Source: Marinovum sp.
GTDB lineage: Bacteria > Pseudomonadota > Alphaproteobacteria > Rhodobacterales > Rhodobacteraceae
Assembly (NCBI RefSeq): GCF_034669705.1
Contig: NZ_JAXMOR010000002.1
Coordinates: forward strand, 50,601-114,600
DNA: 64,000 bases
Direction of reading: 5' to 3'
The notes below the pieces were generated by a model. The model made no database searches and was not told the origin of the DNA. It saw only the letters and a list, made by a program, of their open reading frames with translations. Position numbers and translations under genes: made by a program. Positions 46,077 through 55,255 of the stretch are shown here, one piece after another. How positions within the stretch are numbered: position 1 is the stretch's first letter; each line of letters opens with the position of its first letter.

Positions 46077-46260
46077 CACTTGGGCGCGACCCGTTCGATC
46101 CCCCTCCGGGCCGTGCATCTCTGAGTGATCCGCAGGCCCCCGCCTGCGCGCCAAGGCCGGGCTTCCCCCGGCCTGTTTCGCTTGAACGCCCGGCCGCCTT
46201 CCCGGTGCCGGCACCCGACGCAGACTGATGAAAGAACCCATAGGGCAAGGACATCATGCA

Positions 46261-47913
46261 ATGACAGACACCACCACCGATCAGGGCATTCCCGCGCCGG
46301 AGGGCGCGGCGAATGTCATCGACACCGACTACGAGGTCGGACAGGACAATATCGAGACCAGCGTCGGCCCGATCGGCCTCGATATCCACAATCCCGTCTT
46401 CCTGATCTCGGGCCTCTCGATCGTCGCCTTCGTGGCCTACGCGCTGCTGGCACCCGCCCAGGCCGAAGAGTTCTTCGGCTGGCTGCGCCCGGCGCTGACC
46501 TCCAACTTCGACTGGTTCTTCCTCTGGTCGGCCAATATCTTCGTGCTGTTCTGCCTGTTCCTGATCGTTTCGCCCTGGGGCTCGGTGCGGCTGGGCGGGC
46601 AGGATGCCACCCCCGACTACGGCTACCCCGGCTGGTTCGCCATGCTGTTTGCCGCCGGCATGGGCATCGGGCTGATGTTCTTCGGTGTGCTGGAACCGGT
46701 CTATTACTTCGGCACCCCCTGGGGCGACGAGCCGCTGGGCGTGGTGCGCCCGTTTGCCGAGGATGGCACGCTGATCGAGGCCAATGTGGCCGAGGCGCGC
46801 CGCATGGCGCTGGCCGCGACCTCCTATCACTGGGCGCTGCACCCTTGGGCGATCTATGCCGTGGTGGCGCTGGCGCTGGCGCTTTTCACCTACAACAAGG
46901 GGCTGCCGCTGACCATCCGCTCGGCCTTCTACCCGATCTTCGGTGAACGGGTCTGGGGCTGGACCGGCCATGTCATCGACACCCTCGCGGTGTTTGCCAC
47001 CCTCTTTGGCCTCGCCACCTCGCTGGGCTTCGGCGCGCAACAGGCCAACGCCGGGCTGGAATACGTCTACGGCGTGCCGATGAGCGTGACGGTACAGGTG
47101 GTGCTGATCGTGGCGATCACCGCGGTTGCGCTGATCTCGGTGCTTCGCGGTCTTGACGGCGGCGTCAAGGTGCTGTCCGAGATCAACATGGTGATCGCCC
47201 TGCTGCTCTTGCTCTTCGTCCTCGTGGCGGCCGGGGCCGGCACCATCCTGACCGAGTTCGGCCGCGGCATCCTGGCCTATTTCCAGGAGGTCATCCCGCT
47301 GTCGAACCCGCACGGCCGTGAAGACACCGGCTACATGCAGGGCTGGACCGCCTTCTACTGGGCGTGGTGGATTTCCTGGTCACCCTTCGTCGGCATGTTC
47401 ATCGCCCGGGTCAGCCGCGGCCGCACGGTGCGCGAATTCGTGACCTGCGTGCTGATCATCCCGTCGTTTGTCTGCCTGCTGTGGATGGCGGTCTTCGGTG
47501 GCGCGGCAATCGAACAGGTGATCGCAGACCCCGCCGCCAGCGCGGTCAAGGCGCAGGTGATCGACAGCTACAACCCACCTCTGTCGCTCTTTGCCATGCT
47601 CGAAGGCCTGCCCTTCGCGGCGATCACCTCGACCATCGGCATCATCCTCGTGATCGTGTTCTTCGTAACCTCGTCGGACTCGGGCTCGCTGGTGATCGAC
47701 ACCATCACCGCCGGCGGCAAGGTCGACGCACCGATGCCGCAGCGGGTGTTCTGGTGCACCTTCGAAGGCCTCGTGGCCATTGCCCTGCTGCTCGGCGGCG
47801 GGCTGGTCTCGCTGCAGGCGATGGTGATCTCGACCGGTCTGCCGTTCACGGTGATCCTGCTGATGATCTGCGTCGCCATCGTCAAGGGCCTGCGCTCCGA
47901 ACCGCGCGGCTGA
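46261..47913 (+). CDS. BCCT (betaine/carnitine/choline) transporter
   Basis: MLFAAGMGIGLMF, HWALHPWA.Y, WTAFYWAWWISWSPFVGMFIAR aromatic box, TSSDSG; start could be 46228. Confidence 0.95.
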   Translation: MTDTTTDQGIPAPEGAANVIDTDYEVGQDNIETSVGPIGLDIHNPVFLISGLSIVAFVAYALLAPAQAEEFFGWLRPALTSNFDWFFLWSANIFVLFCLFLIVSPWGSVRLGGQDATPDYGYPGWFAMLFAAGMGIGLMFFGVLEPVYYFGTPWGDEPLGVVRPFAEDGTLIEANVAEARRMALAATSYHWALHPWAIYAVVALALALFTYNKGLPLTIRSAFYPIFGERVWGWTGHVIDTLAVFATLFGLATSLGFGAQQANAGLEYVYGVPMSVTVQVVLIVAITAVALISVLRGLDGGVKVLSEINMVIALLLLLFVLVAAGAGTILTEFGRGILAYFQEVIPLSNPHGREDTGYMQGWTAFYWAWWISWSPFVGMFIARVSRGRTVREFVTCVLIIPSFVCLLWMAVFGGAAIEQVIADPAASAVKAQVIDSYNPPLSLFAMLEGLPFAAITSTIGIILVIVFFVTSSDSGSLVIDTITAGGKVDAPMPQRVFWCTFEGLVAIALLLGGGLVSLQAMVISTGLPFTVILLMICVAIVKGLRSEPRG

Positions 47914-47956
47914 CCGCCAGCATGACTGCGGGCCCCGGTGCAGACCGGGGCCTCGC

Positions 47957-49105
47957 CTACCGCGCCAGTTCCTCCATCGGAATCGCGATCTCGTGGTGCG
48001 GACCGTCCGCCAGCCAGTCGCTCTTCAGCGTGCCGCGCAACTGGCCTGTCACCGTCATCGAGATCAGCCTGCTGCCAAAACCCTGCCGCTGTGGCGGCCA
48101 CTCGCTCGCTGGGCCACCGGTTTCGCGCCAGCTCAGCCGGAACTGGCCGGCGTCTTCCCGCCACACGATGCTCAGCCGCCCCTCGGGCACCGAGAGCGCG
48201 CCGTACTTCGCCGCATTGGTCGCCAGCTCATGCACCACCAGCGCCAGCTGGGTGGCACAGGAGGCGCCGAGGATCAGGTTCGGCCCGTCGAGCGTCATGT
48301 GATTGCCGCCGGGCACAACATGCGGCTCGATCAGCGTCGCCAGAAGCGTCGAGACCACCGCGTCGCCGCTGCTCACCGCCTCGCCGGTGATGGCCGGGCG
48401 GATGATGTCATGCGCCTGTGACAGCGCCGCCAGCCGGCCCTGCAGGGCGGTGGTCATTTCGTCCTTGGTCTCTGTCATGCGGGCGGTCATGGTGATCATG
48501 CCACCGGTGATGGTGAACAGGTTCTTGACCCGATGATGCAGTTCCTCGGCCAGCATCTGGCGCATCTGCACCTCATGGCGCAGCCTGAACTCGGCCTCGA
48601 GCAGCTCTGACAGCCCGGTCAGGATGCGCAGCTCGCGCGCGGTCCACTCACGCGGCTGGCTGTCGATGGCACAGAATGATCCCAGGGGCTGACCATCCGG
48701 CGCATGCACCGGCACGCCGGCATAGGCAATCACGTCGAGATCCTCGATCGCCATGTTCTCGCGCAACAGCGGATGCTCGCGGGCATCCGTGACGGTCAGC
48801 GGCGTGTCGAGGCTGACGACATATTGGCAAAAGGAATGCGACAGCGGCGTCTGCCGGGCGCGGGCCGTCTCCTCCGGCAGACCGATCTGCGCCTTGAAGA
48901 ACTGCCGCTGGCCGTCGACCAGCGACAACAACCCCACCGGCACACCGATCGCCTCGGTGGCGATGCGCACCGTGCGGTCGAACACCGCCTCGGTCTCGCT
49001 GTCCATCAGCCGGGTGCGGGCAAGCGCCGCCAGTCGGTTCGGATCGACCAGCCTTGCTCGATGCGCAGGGGTCTCTTCGGTCGGAAACTCGCGGTCCTTG
49101 GTCAT
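47957..49105 (-). CDS. GAF-HWE histidine kinase
   Basis: GAF (SFCQYV, AYAGVP), HHRVKN, ELATNAAKYGALS, WRETGGP; no receiver domain. Confidence 0.9.
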   Translation of the reverse strand: MTKDREFPTEETPAHRARLVDPNRLAALARTRLMDSETEAVFDRTVRIATEAIGVPVGLLSLVDGQRQFFKAQIGLPEETARARQTPLSHSFCQYVVSLDTPLTVTDAREHPLLRENMAIEDLDVIAYAGVPVHAPDGQPLGSFCAIDSQPREWTARELRILTGLSELLEAEFRLRHEVQMRQMLAEELHHRVKNLFTITGGMITMTARMTETKDEMTTALQGRLAALSQAHDIIRPAITGEAVSSGDAVVSTLLATLIEPHVVPGGNHMTLDGPNLILGASCATQLALVVHELATNAAKYGALSVPEGRLSIVWREDAGQFRLSWRETGGPASEWPPQRQGFGSRLISMTVTGQLRGTLKSDWLADGPHHEIAIPMEELAR

Positions 49106-49300
49106 TGCGCCGGTTGGCCCCTTCCATGATGAACCCCGCCGGCGTGGGCCAGACCGACCCTACCCTGCCGCAATCGCCGGCGCATCCCCTTTTTGCCCCC
49201 GGGGCCCGCTGGGGGCAGACCCGGAAGCCTGTGCAAAAGTTTAGTGCTCTGCACCATTCCATCCACAACTTATTGAGGGGGTCACCGAAATATCGCTTTA

Positions 49301-49327
49301 CTTGAGAGGGGCCGACCGTCACCATAT
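49301..49327 (+). promoter_or_regulatory. RpoH-like promoter upstream of ybjN-proC-csaA
   Basis: CTTGAG-N13-CACCATAT. Confidence 0.5.
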
Positions 49328-49425
49328 CAGGTAGGGGCAGCGGATACGCCCACCGCCCCTAGAGCAGGCACCTAGCGCTTGGGGCGCTGCCACCCCCTCG
49401 CGCTATCAAAACAAAGAGGTGGCGC

Positions 49426-49926
49426 ATGGCACTTTCCGAGCAGTACCTGGAGGACGATCTCCACCCGATCGACATCGTCGAGCATATCGCCGACCACAAC
49501 GATTGGGACTTCGACCGCATCCACGACGACCAGATCGCCATGGCCGTCGAGGGCCAGTGGCGCACCTATTCGATCACCCTGGCCTGGTCCGCCTATGACG
49601 AGACGCTGCGGCTGATCTGCAGCTTCGAGATGGAGCCGCCGGAGGAGAAGACCCCGCAGCTCTGCGAGGCGATCAATGCGATCAACGACCAATGCTGGGC
49701 CGGCGCCTTCACCTGGTGGGGCGAGAACCAGCTGATGGTCTATCGCTACGGGCTGGTCCTGGCCGGCGGACAGGTCGCGAGCCCGGAACAGATCGACACG
49801 ATGATCAGCGCCGCGGTGACCAGCGCCGAGCGCTACTACCCGGCGCTGCAGCTCGTGGTCTGGGGCGATCGCAGCCCGAAAGAAGCGCTGCAGGTTGCCA
49901 TTGCAGAGGCCTACGGCCGCGCGTAA
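49426..49926 (+). CDS. YbjN-domain protein
   Basis: G.WR.Y, W..GAF, ERY.PA.Q.V.W; conserved position before proC. Confidence 0.88.
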   Translation: MALSEQYLEDDLHPIDIVEHIADHNDWDFDRIHDDQIAMAVEGQWRTYSITLAWSAYDETLRLICSFEMEPPEEKTPQLCEAINAINDQCWAGAFTWWGENQLMVYRYGLVLAGGQVASPEQIDTMISAAVTSAERYYPALQLVVWGDRSPKEALQVAIAEAYGRA

Positions 49927-49960
49927 CACTCGCCCCCGAATGCAAGGACAGGAGGGGGCG

Positions 49961-50776
49961 ATGACCTCGAACGATCTGGCCCGTCGCGGCCTCGTGCTAT
50001 TGGGCTGCGGCAAGATGGGCTCGGCCATGCTGCAGGGCTGGCTGAGTGACGGTCTGCCCGCCACATCGGTGCATGTGATCGATCCCGCCCCGTCCGACTG
50101 GCTGCAGGCCACCGGCGTCAGTCTCAACGCCGAGTTGCCGGCCTCACCCGCCATCGTGCTGATCGCCGTCAAGCCGCAGATGATGGGCGATGCCCTGCCC
50201 GCGATCCAATCCATGGCCAGCGGCGAAACGCTGTTTCTCTCGGTCGCCGCCGGCGTCACCCTGGCGCGCTTCGAGGCGGTGCTGGGCACCGAAAGCCCGA
50301 TCATCCGCGCCATGCCCAACACCCCCGCCGCCGTCGGCCGCGGCATCACCGCGCTGATCGGCAATGCCCGGGTCTCTGAGGAGCACATGGCGCTGGCCGA
50401 AAGCCTGCTGCAGGCGGTGGGCCAGACCGTGCGGCTTGAGGACGAGGGCCAGATGGACGCGGTCACCGGCGTCTCCGGCTCCGGCCCGGCCTATGTCTTC
50501 CACCTGATCGAGACCCTGGCCGCCGCCGGCGAAGCCCAGGGCCTGCCCGCCGGGCTGGCGATGCAACTGGCGCGCGCCACCGTCGGCGGCGCCGGCGTGC
50601 TGGCCGAGACCGCCGAGGACAGCCCGGCCCAGCTGCGCAGGAATGTCACCTCGCCGAATGGCACGACGCAAGCCGCGCTCGAGGTGCTGATGGATGCCGA
50701 GACCGGCTTCGGGCCGCTGCTGAACCGCGCGGTCAGGGCCGCGACCGAGCGCTCGAAGGAGCTCAGCAATGGCTGA
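49961..50776 (+). CDS. proC: Pyrroline-5-carboxylate reductase
   Basis: GCGKMG, AVKPQ, RAMPNTP, SGSGPAY, VTSPNGTT. Confidence 0.96.
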   Translation: MTSNDLARRGLVLLGCGKMGSAMLQGWLSDGLPATSVHVIDPAPSDWLQATGVSLNAELPASPAIVLIAVKPQMMGDALPAIQSMASGETLFLSVAAGVTLARFEAVLGTESPIIRAMPNTPAAVGRGITALIGNARVSEEHMALAESLLQAVGQTVRLEDEGQMDAVTGVSGSGPAYVFHLIETLAAAGEAQGLPAGLAMQLARATVGGAGVLAETAEDSPAQLRRNVTSPNGTTQAALEVLMDAETGFGPLLNRAVRAATERSKELSNG

Positions 50777-51107
50777 GATCAGCTTCGACGATTTCCTCAA
50801 GGTCGACATCCGCGCCGGCACCATCCTGCGCGCCGAACCCTTCCCGGAGGCGCGCAAACCCGCGCTCAAGCTCTGGATCGATTTCGGCCCCGAGATCGGC
50901 GAGAAGAAGACCTCGGCCCAGATCACCGACCATTACACGCCCGACAGCCTGATCGGCCGACAGGTGATGGCGGTGGTCAACTTTCCACCGCGCCAGATCG
51001 GCCCCTTCATGTCAGAGGTTCTGACCCTTGGCCTCAGCGACGCCGCCGGCGGCGTCGTCCTTCTGGCCCCCGACCAACCGGTCGCCAACGGCGCACGGAT
51101 GCACTGA
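50769..51107 (+). CDS. csaA: tRNA-binding/secretion chaperone CsaA-like protein
   Basis: DIRAG, IDFG, SAQIT, VVNFPPRQIG, SEVL. Confidence 0.9.
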   Translation: MAEISFDDFLKVDIRAGTILRAEPFPEARKPALKLWIDFGPEIGEKKTSAQITDHYTPDSLIGRQVMAVVNFPPRQIGPFMSEVLTLGLSDAAGGVVLLAPDQPVANGARMH

Positions 51108-51128
51108 GGGCGCACATCGCGCCCCTTG

Positions 51129-51188
51129 CTTCTTCTGTTCAAAAATACCCTCGGGGGGGTCGCCGCAGGCGACGGGGGCAGAGCCCCC
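51129..51188 (-). repeat. Repeat family B copy
   Basis: Minus strand GGGGGCTCTGCCCCC-GTCGCCTGCGGCGAC-CCCCCCGAGGGTATTTTTGAACAGAAGAAG. Confidence 0.85.
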
Positions 51189-51197
51189 TCTGCCGCC

Positions 51198-52523
51198 TCA
51201 GCCCCGCGCCTTGACCACCTGCAGGAGCGGCATCACGTCGGACATGTCCGGCCCGCGCTCCATGCCGGTCAGCGCCTTCCTCAGCGGCATGAACAGCCCC
51301 CGCCCCTTGCGTCCGGTGGCGGATTTGACCTCGCCGGTCCAGCGGCCCCAGGTCTCGCCATCGAACGGACCCGCCGGCAGCAACGCCATCGCCTCGGCCA
51401 CGAACGCCGCGTCCTCCTTGGCAATCACCGGCTCGGCGCCGTCGCGGAACATCTCCCACCAGGCCTTGAGCTCGCTCTTGGTCGAGATGTTCTCGCGGGT
51501 CACCATCCAGAACCGTTCGGCCTGATCGTCCGGCACGCCCAGCGCGCGGATGTCCGCGGCCACGTCGGCAAAGCTCAGGGTCTGCAGGAAGCGGCCGGTC
51601 AACGGATAGAGGTCCTGCTCGTCGAACTTGGTGGGGGCCGAGCCGAATTTCGTCAGTTCGAAGCCCTCGATCAGCGCCGCCATGTCGGTGCGCAACTCGA
51701 CCGGGTCGGAGGAACCCAGCCGCGCCATCAGGCTCAGAAGCGCCATCGGCTCGACCCCGCGCGCGCGCAGGTCGCGCAGCGACAGGGTGCCCAGGCGTTT
51801 CGACAGCGCCTCGCCCTGCGGCCCGGTGAGCAGCGAATGGTGGGCAAAGGCAGGCGCGGTGCCGCCCAGCGCCTCGATGATCTGGATCTGGGTGGCGGTA
51901 TTGGTGACGTGGTCGGAGCCGCGCACCACATGGGTCACGCCCATTTCGGTGTCATCGACCACCGAGGCCAGGGTATAGAGCATCTGGCCGTCGGCGCGGA
52001 TCAGCACCGGGTCCGAGACCGAGGCCGCGTCGATCGAGATGTCGCCGAGGATGCCGTCGCGCCACTCGATCCGCTGCTGGTCGAGCTTGAAGCGCCAGAC
52101 GCCGGGGCCGCGCTCCTCGCGCAGTTTTGCCTTATCGGCGTCAGACAGCGCCAGCGCGGCGCGGTCATAGACCGGCGGGCGGCCCATATTGAGCTGCTTC
52201 TTGCGCTTGAGGTCGAGCTCGGTGGGGGTCTCGAAGGCCTCGTAGAACCGTCCCTTGTCGCGCAGCGTCTCGGCGGCGGCCTGATAGCGCTCAAGCCGTT
52301 CGGATTGCCGTTCCACCCGGTCCCATGTCAGACCAAGCCATTCGAGGTCTTGCTTGATGGCGTCGACGTAGTCCTCTTTCGACCGCTCCGGATCGGTGTC
52401 GTCGATGCGCAGGATGAAGGTGCCGCCAGCCTTGCGCGCGATCAGCCAGTTGAACAGCGCGGTGCGCAGGTTGCCGATGTGGATATAGCCGGTGGGCGAC
52501 GGGGCAAAACGGGTGGTGGTCAT
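51198..52523 (-). CDS. gltX: Glutamyl-tRNA synthetase
   Basis: RFAPSPTG..HIGN, LRIDDTD, VRG.DH, LSKR, FMPLR.ALTG...GP. Confidence 0.95.
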   Translation of the reverse strand: MTTTRFAPSPTGYIHIGNLRTALFNWLIARKAGGTFILRIDDTDPERSKEDYVDAIKQDLEWLGLTWDRVERQSERLERYQAAAETLRDKGRFYEAFETPTELDLKRKKQLNMGRPPVYDRAALALSDADKAKLREERGPGVWRFKLDQQRIEWRDGILGDISIDAASVSDPVLIRADGQMLYTLASVVDDTEMGVTHVVRGSDHVTNTATQIQIIEALGGTAPAFAHHSLLTGPQGEALSKRLGTLSLRDLRARGVEPMALLSLMARLGSSDPVELRTDMAALIEGFELTKFGSAPTKFDEQDLYPLTGRFLQTLSFADVAADIRALGVPDDQAERFWMVTRENISTKSELKAWWEMFRDGAEPVIAKEDAAFVAEAMALLPAGPFDGETWGRWTGEVKSATGRKGRGLFMPLRKALTGMERGPDMSDVMPLLQVVKARG

Positions 52524-52632
52524 GGGGGTCTCCTGTTGGCCCGAGCCTTTCCCATGATCCGCCGCTCTTGTCCAGCTTTCCCGCCAGCCCGACACGGCGC
52601 TTCGGTCCTGCGCCGGACCCTCCCGGCCCCGG

Positions 52633-52740
52633 CGCCCCCGACCTGATCCAGCTCGCCCGGTCGCCGCGCACCAACCCCGACGCGGACCTGATGCGACCCG
52701 CCCGCACCCCCCCCGCGCCCCGGACCTGATCCGGGGCCTC
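52633..52740. repeat. Repeat family A: one intact and two degenerate copies in a C-rich tract
   Basis: CGCCCCGGACCTGATCCGGGGCCTC at 52716-52740; GACCTGAT cores near 52640 and 52685. Confidence 0.7.
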
Positions 52741-52910
52741 TCCCTCACCTCCAGCCCCGACGCCAACCAAGACCGCGCCCCGGCCCCAACCCCGCGGCCC
52801 GGCCTCGCGCCGGGGCCTCACCGCCCGCCACACGCGCGCCGTGCGGTCCGCGCCCTCTCTCGCCAGGAGGCCCCGGCGCAAGGCCGGGCCGCGGCCCTGT
52901 CTCGGCCCGC

Positions 52911-53345
52911 TCAGGTCGGCGCCACCGGCCAGTGGCCCTGCAGATCCCGCAGCCCGGCACGGATCAGCTCGGACAGCACCGCGAGGTCGATATCCGCCAG
53001 CTTGTTGACATAGAGACAGGAGACCCCGGTCTTGTGCTTGCCCAGCCGGTCCAGCAGATCGGCGAAATTGGCATAGCCCGGCATGATGTAGATCGACAGG
53101 CTGGCCTTGCGGGGGGAAAACCCGGTCGCCAGAAAGTCGCCCTCCCGGCCGCTGGCATAGCGATAGTGGTAGCGCCCGTAGCCGATGATGCTCTCGCCCC
53201 ACATCTGCGGCGCGAAGCCCGTCACCTCGCGGAAGAGCGTATCAAGCGCCTGCGCGTCCGCCCGCCGCCGTACCGGCGTCACCCCGGCCAGAAACTCCGC
53301 CACCGAAGCGCCGGTGGGTTGGGTCTTGTTGTCTGACTGTGCCAT
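52911..53345 (-). CDS. DUF1801-domain protein
   Basis: NKT.PT, MWG.SIIGYG.Y.Y, GFSPRK, GKHKTG.SCLY. Confidence 0.85.
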   Translation of the reverse strand: MAQSDNKTQPTGASVAEFLAGVTPVRRRADAQALDTLFREVTGFAPQMWGESIIGYGRYHYRYASGREGDFLATGFSPRKASLSIYIMPGYANFADLLDRLGKHKTGVSCLYVNKLADIDLAVLSELIRAGLRDLQGHWPVAPT

Positions 53346-53388
53346 CCGGTCTCTCCTCGCGGACCCCCGCCGTCACGAAATTGTGAGC

Positions 53389-53405
53389 GACAGGGTAACC
53401 CTGTC
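53389..53405. promoter_or_regulatory. Palindromic operator candidate between divergent genes
   Basis: GACAGGG-taa-CCCTGTC in a 103-bp divergent gap. Confidence 0.45.
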
Positions 53406-53448
53406 ACAGCGTGTTACCTTTGTCCGCACATTGCAGGGAGAAAATTGC

Positions 53449-54369
53449 ATGACACCGAAACTGACCCGTCGGGGCCTTCTGGCCTCAGCCGCCGCGACAC
53501 CGCTTGCCGGACTCGCGGTCTCTGGCGTTCAGGCGCAGGCCGCGCAACAGGGCATCAACACCACCGATTACCGCCGGGTGAAGCTGGGCGACTTCGAGGT
53601 GACGACGCTGCTTGCCGGCACCCGCACCGTGCCGGACCCGCAGACCATCTTCGGTCTAAACGCCAGCGAGGAGGAATTCGCCGCGGCCTCGCAGCAAGCG
53701 CATATCCCGACCGACAAGGCGCAGTTCTTCTTCACGCCGACGCTGGTCAACACCGGGTCCGAGCTGGTGCTTTTTGACACCGGGCTCAACCCCGAGGGCA
53801 TCACCGCCGCGCTCGAGGCCGCCGGCCATGCGCCCGGTGACATCGACGTGGTGGTGCTGACCCACATGCACGGCGACCACATCGGCGGGCTGGCCGGCGA
53901 GGCCGGGACGACCTTCGCCAACGCCCGCTACGTCACCGGTGCCACCGAATTCGACTATTGGTCAAACGCCGGCAACGATGGCTTCGAGGCCAAGGTGCGG
54001 CCGCTGGCCGAGCAGATGGAGATGCTTTCCGGCGGTGACAGCGTCGCCTCTGGAATCGAGGCGGTCGAAGCCTTCGGCCATACGCCCGGCCACATGGCCT
54101 ATCGGCTGGAAAGCGGCGGCCAGAACCTGATCATCGGGGCCGATTTCGCCAATCACTACGTCTGGTCGCTGGCCCACCCCGAGTGGGAAGTGAAGTTCGA
54201 CATGGACAAATCCGCCGCCGCCGCCACCCGCAAGGAGCTTCTGGACATGATGGCCGCCGACAGGCTGCCCTTCATCGGCTATCACATGCCCTTCCCCGCA
54301 ATCGGCTACGTCGAGGCGCGCGATGGCGGCTATCACTACACGCCAATGTCCTATCAGTTGATGCTGTGA
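53449..54369 (+). CDS. Tat-exported MBL-fold metallo-hydrolase
   Basis: TRRGLL twin-arginine signal, THMHGDH, GHTPGH, ADF, YH; GGGAG RBS. Confidence 0.9.
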   Translation: MTPKLTRRGLLASAAATPLAGLAVSGVQAQAAQQGINTTDYRRVKLGDFEVTTLLAGTRTVPDPQTIFGLNASEEEFAAASQQAHIPTDKAQFFFTPTLVNTGSELVLFDTGLNPEGITAALEAAGHAPGDIDVVVLTHMHGDHIGGLAGEAGTTFANARYVTGATEFDYWSNAGNDGFEAKVRPLAEQMEMLSGGDSVASGIEAVEAFGHTPGHMAYRLESGGQNLIIGADFANHYVWSLAHPEWEVKFDMDKSAAAATRKELLDMMAADRLPFIGYHMPFPAIGYVEARDGGYHYTPMSYQLML

Positions 54370-54375
54370 CGAAAC

Positions 54376-54437
54376 GGGGGCTCTGCCCCCGCCCGGCAGA
54401 GCCGGACTCCCCCGAGGGTATTTGTGAACAGAAGAAG
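54376..54437 (+). repeat. Repeat family B copy
   Basis: GGGGGCTCTGCCCCC-(CCGGC aga GCCGG)-CCCCCGAGGGTATTTGTGAACAGAAGAAG. Confidence 0.85.
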
Positions 54438-54521
54438 GCGGATCGGAGTGGCAGGGGGTGGGGTCAGGCTGTTTTGCCGGACCCCAGCCAGGAAAGGCCC
54501 GTCTGCGGCCCCGGTCTTCGC

Positions 54522-55073
54522 TCAGCGGAAGGCCGGGCCATGGGCCCAGATGGTCAGGGACTGCCGCGCGCCGCGGGTGACCGGGGTGACCCGGTGCAGC
54601 AGGAAAGAGGGAAACAGCGTCGCCGTGCCGCATGCGCGGTTCGCCACCACCACGTTGGCCGAGCGCATGACCTCGAGCGCGCCGCCGTCATAGGCCGCGC
54701 CGCCGGCCAGTTGCACCACCATGGTCAGCTTGCGCCGGGCCGCCAGCGGGCCGTCACCGATATCGGCATGCCAGTCGAAATGTCCTTCGCGCTCGGCGCC
54801 ATAGCGCGCCACCTGGGCGCTTTCCGAGAAATCCTGCAGGTCGAAGCCGAACACATCGCGGTTTGCCCCGCGCACAAGGTCGATGACCCGGTCCATCACC
54901 CAGTCAGCGCCCGCCACCCCATCGAGCCAGACCAGATCGGCGCGCCGCAGATTGTGGTCGCGCAATTGCCCGACGAGACGTGCATCGCGGGCCTCGGAGG
55001 CGGCGGCAAGGGTCACGATGTCGTGGCATTCGGCGGGCGAGAAGGCGCCGGCCACCTGGTGGACTGCGATCAT
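54522..55073 (-). CDS. 2OG-Fe(II) oxygenase (P4H/PKHD-like)
   Basis: WHAD, RKLT, GG.LE, FPS, HRVTPV..G.R.SL. Confidence 0.88.
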   Translation of the reverse strand: MIAVHQVAGAFSPAECHDIVTLAAASEARDARLVGQLRDHNLRRADLVWLDGVAGADWVMDRVIDLVRGANRDVFGFDLQDFSESAQVARYGAEREGHFDWHADIGDGPLAARRKLTMVVQLAGGAAYDGGALEVMRSANVVVANRACGTATLFPSFLLHRVTPVTRGARQSLTIWAHGPAFR

Positions 55074-55255
55074 CTGGGGGTTCCGGTTGGCGGCTCAGCC
55101 GGTGCCATGCCCGGAAACGCCCCCCTCCGCGCGGCGAATAGCGACGCCGCGGGTGGAAAACGACAGAAATCTGCACTGCCAGGGCTGGAAAACAGCGGCG
55201 GAGAGTGAGACTGTGAGCGCTAACTGCGGCGAGCCGCGCGCATATCGGAACCCAG

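Noticed and set aside
46093-46101. GTTCGATCC resembling a tRNA T-loop
   Set aside because: Flanks do not form a T-stem and no cloverleaf can be built.
49259-49267. DnaA-box-like CCATCCACA
   Set aside because: Single box with two mismatches and no origin context.
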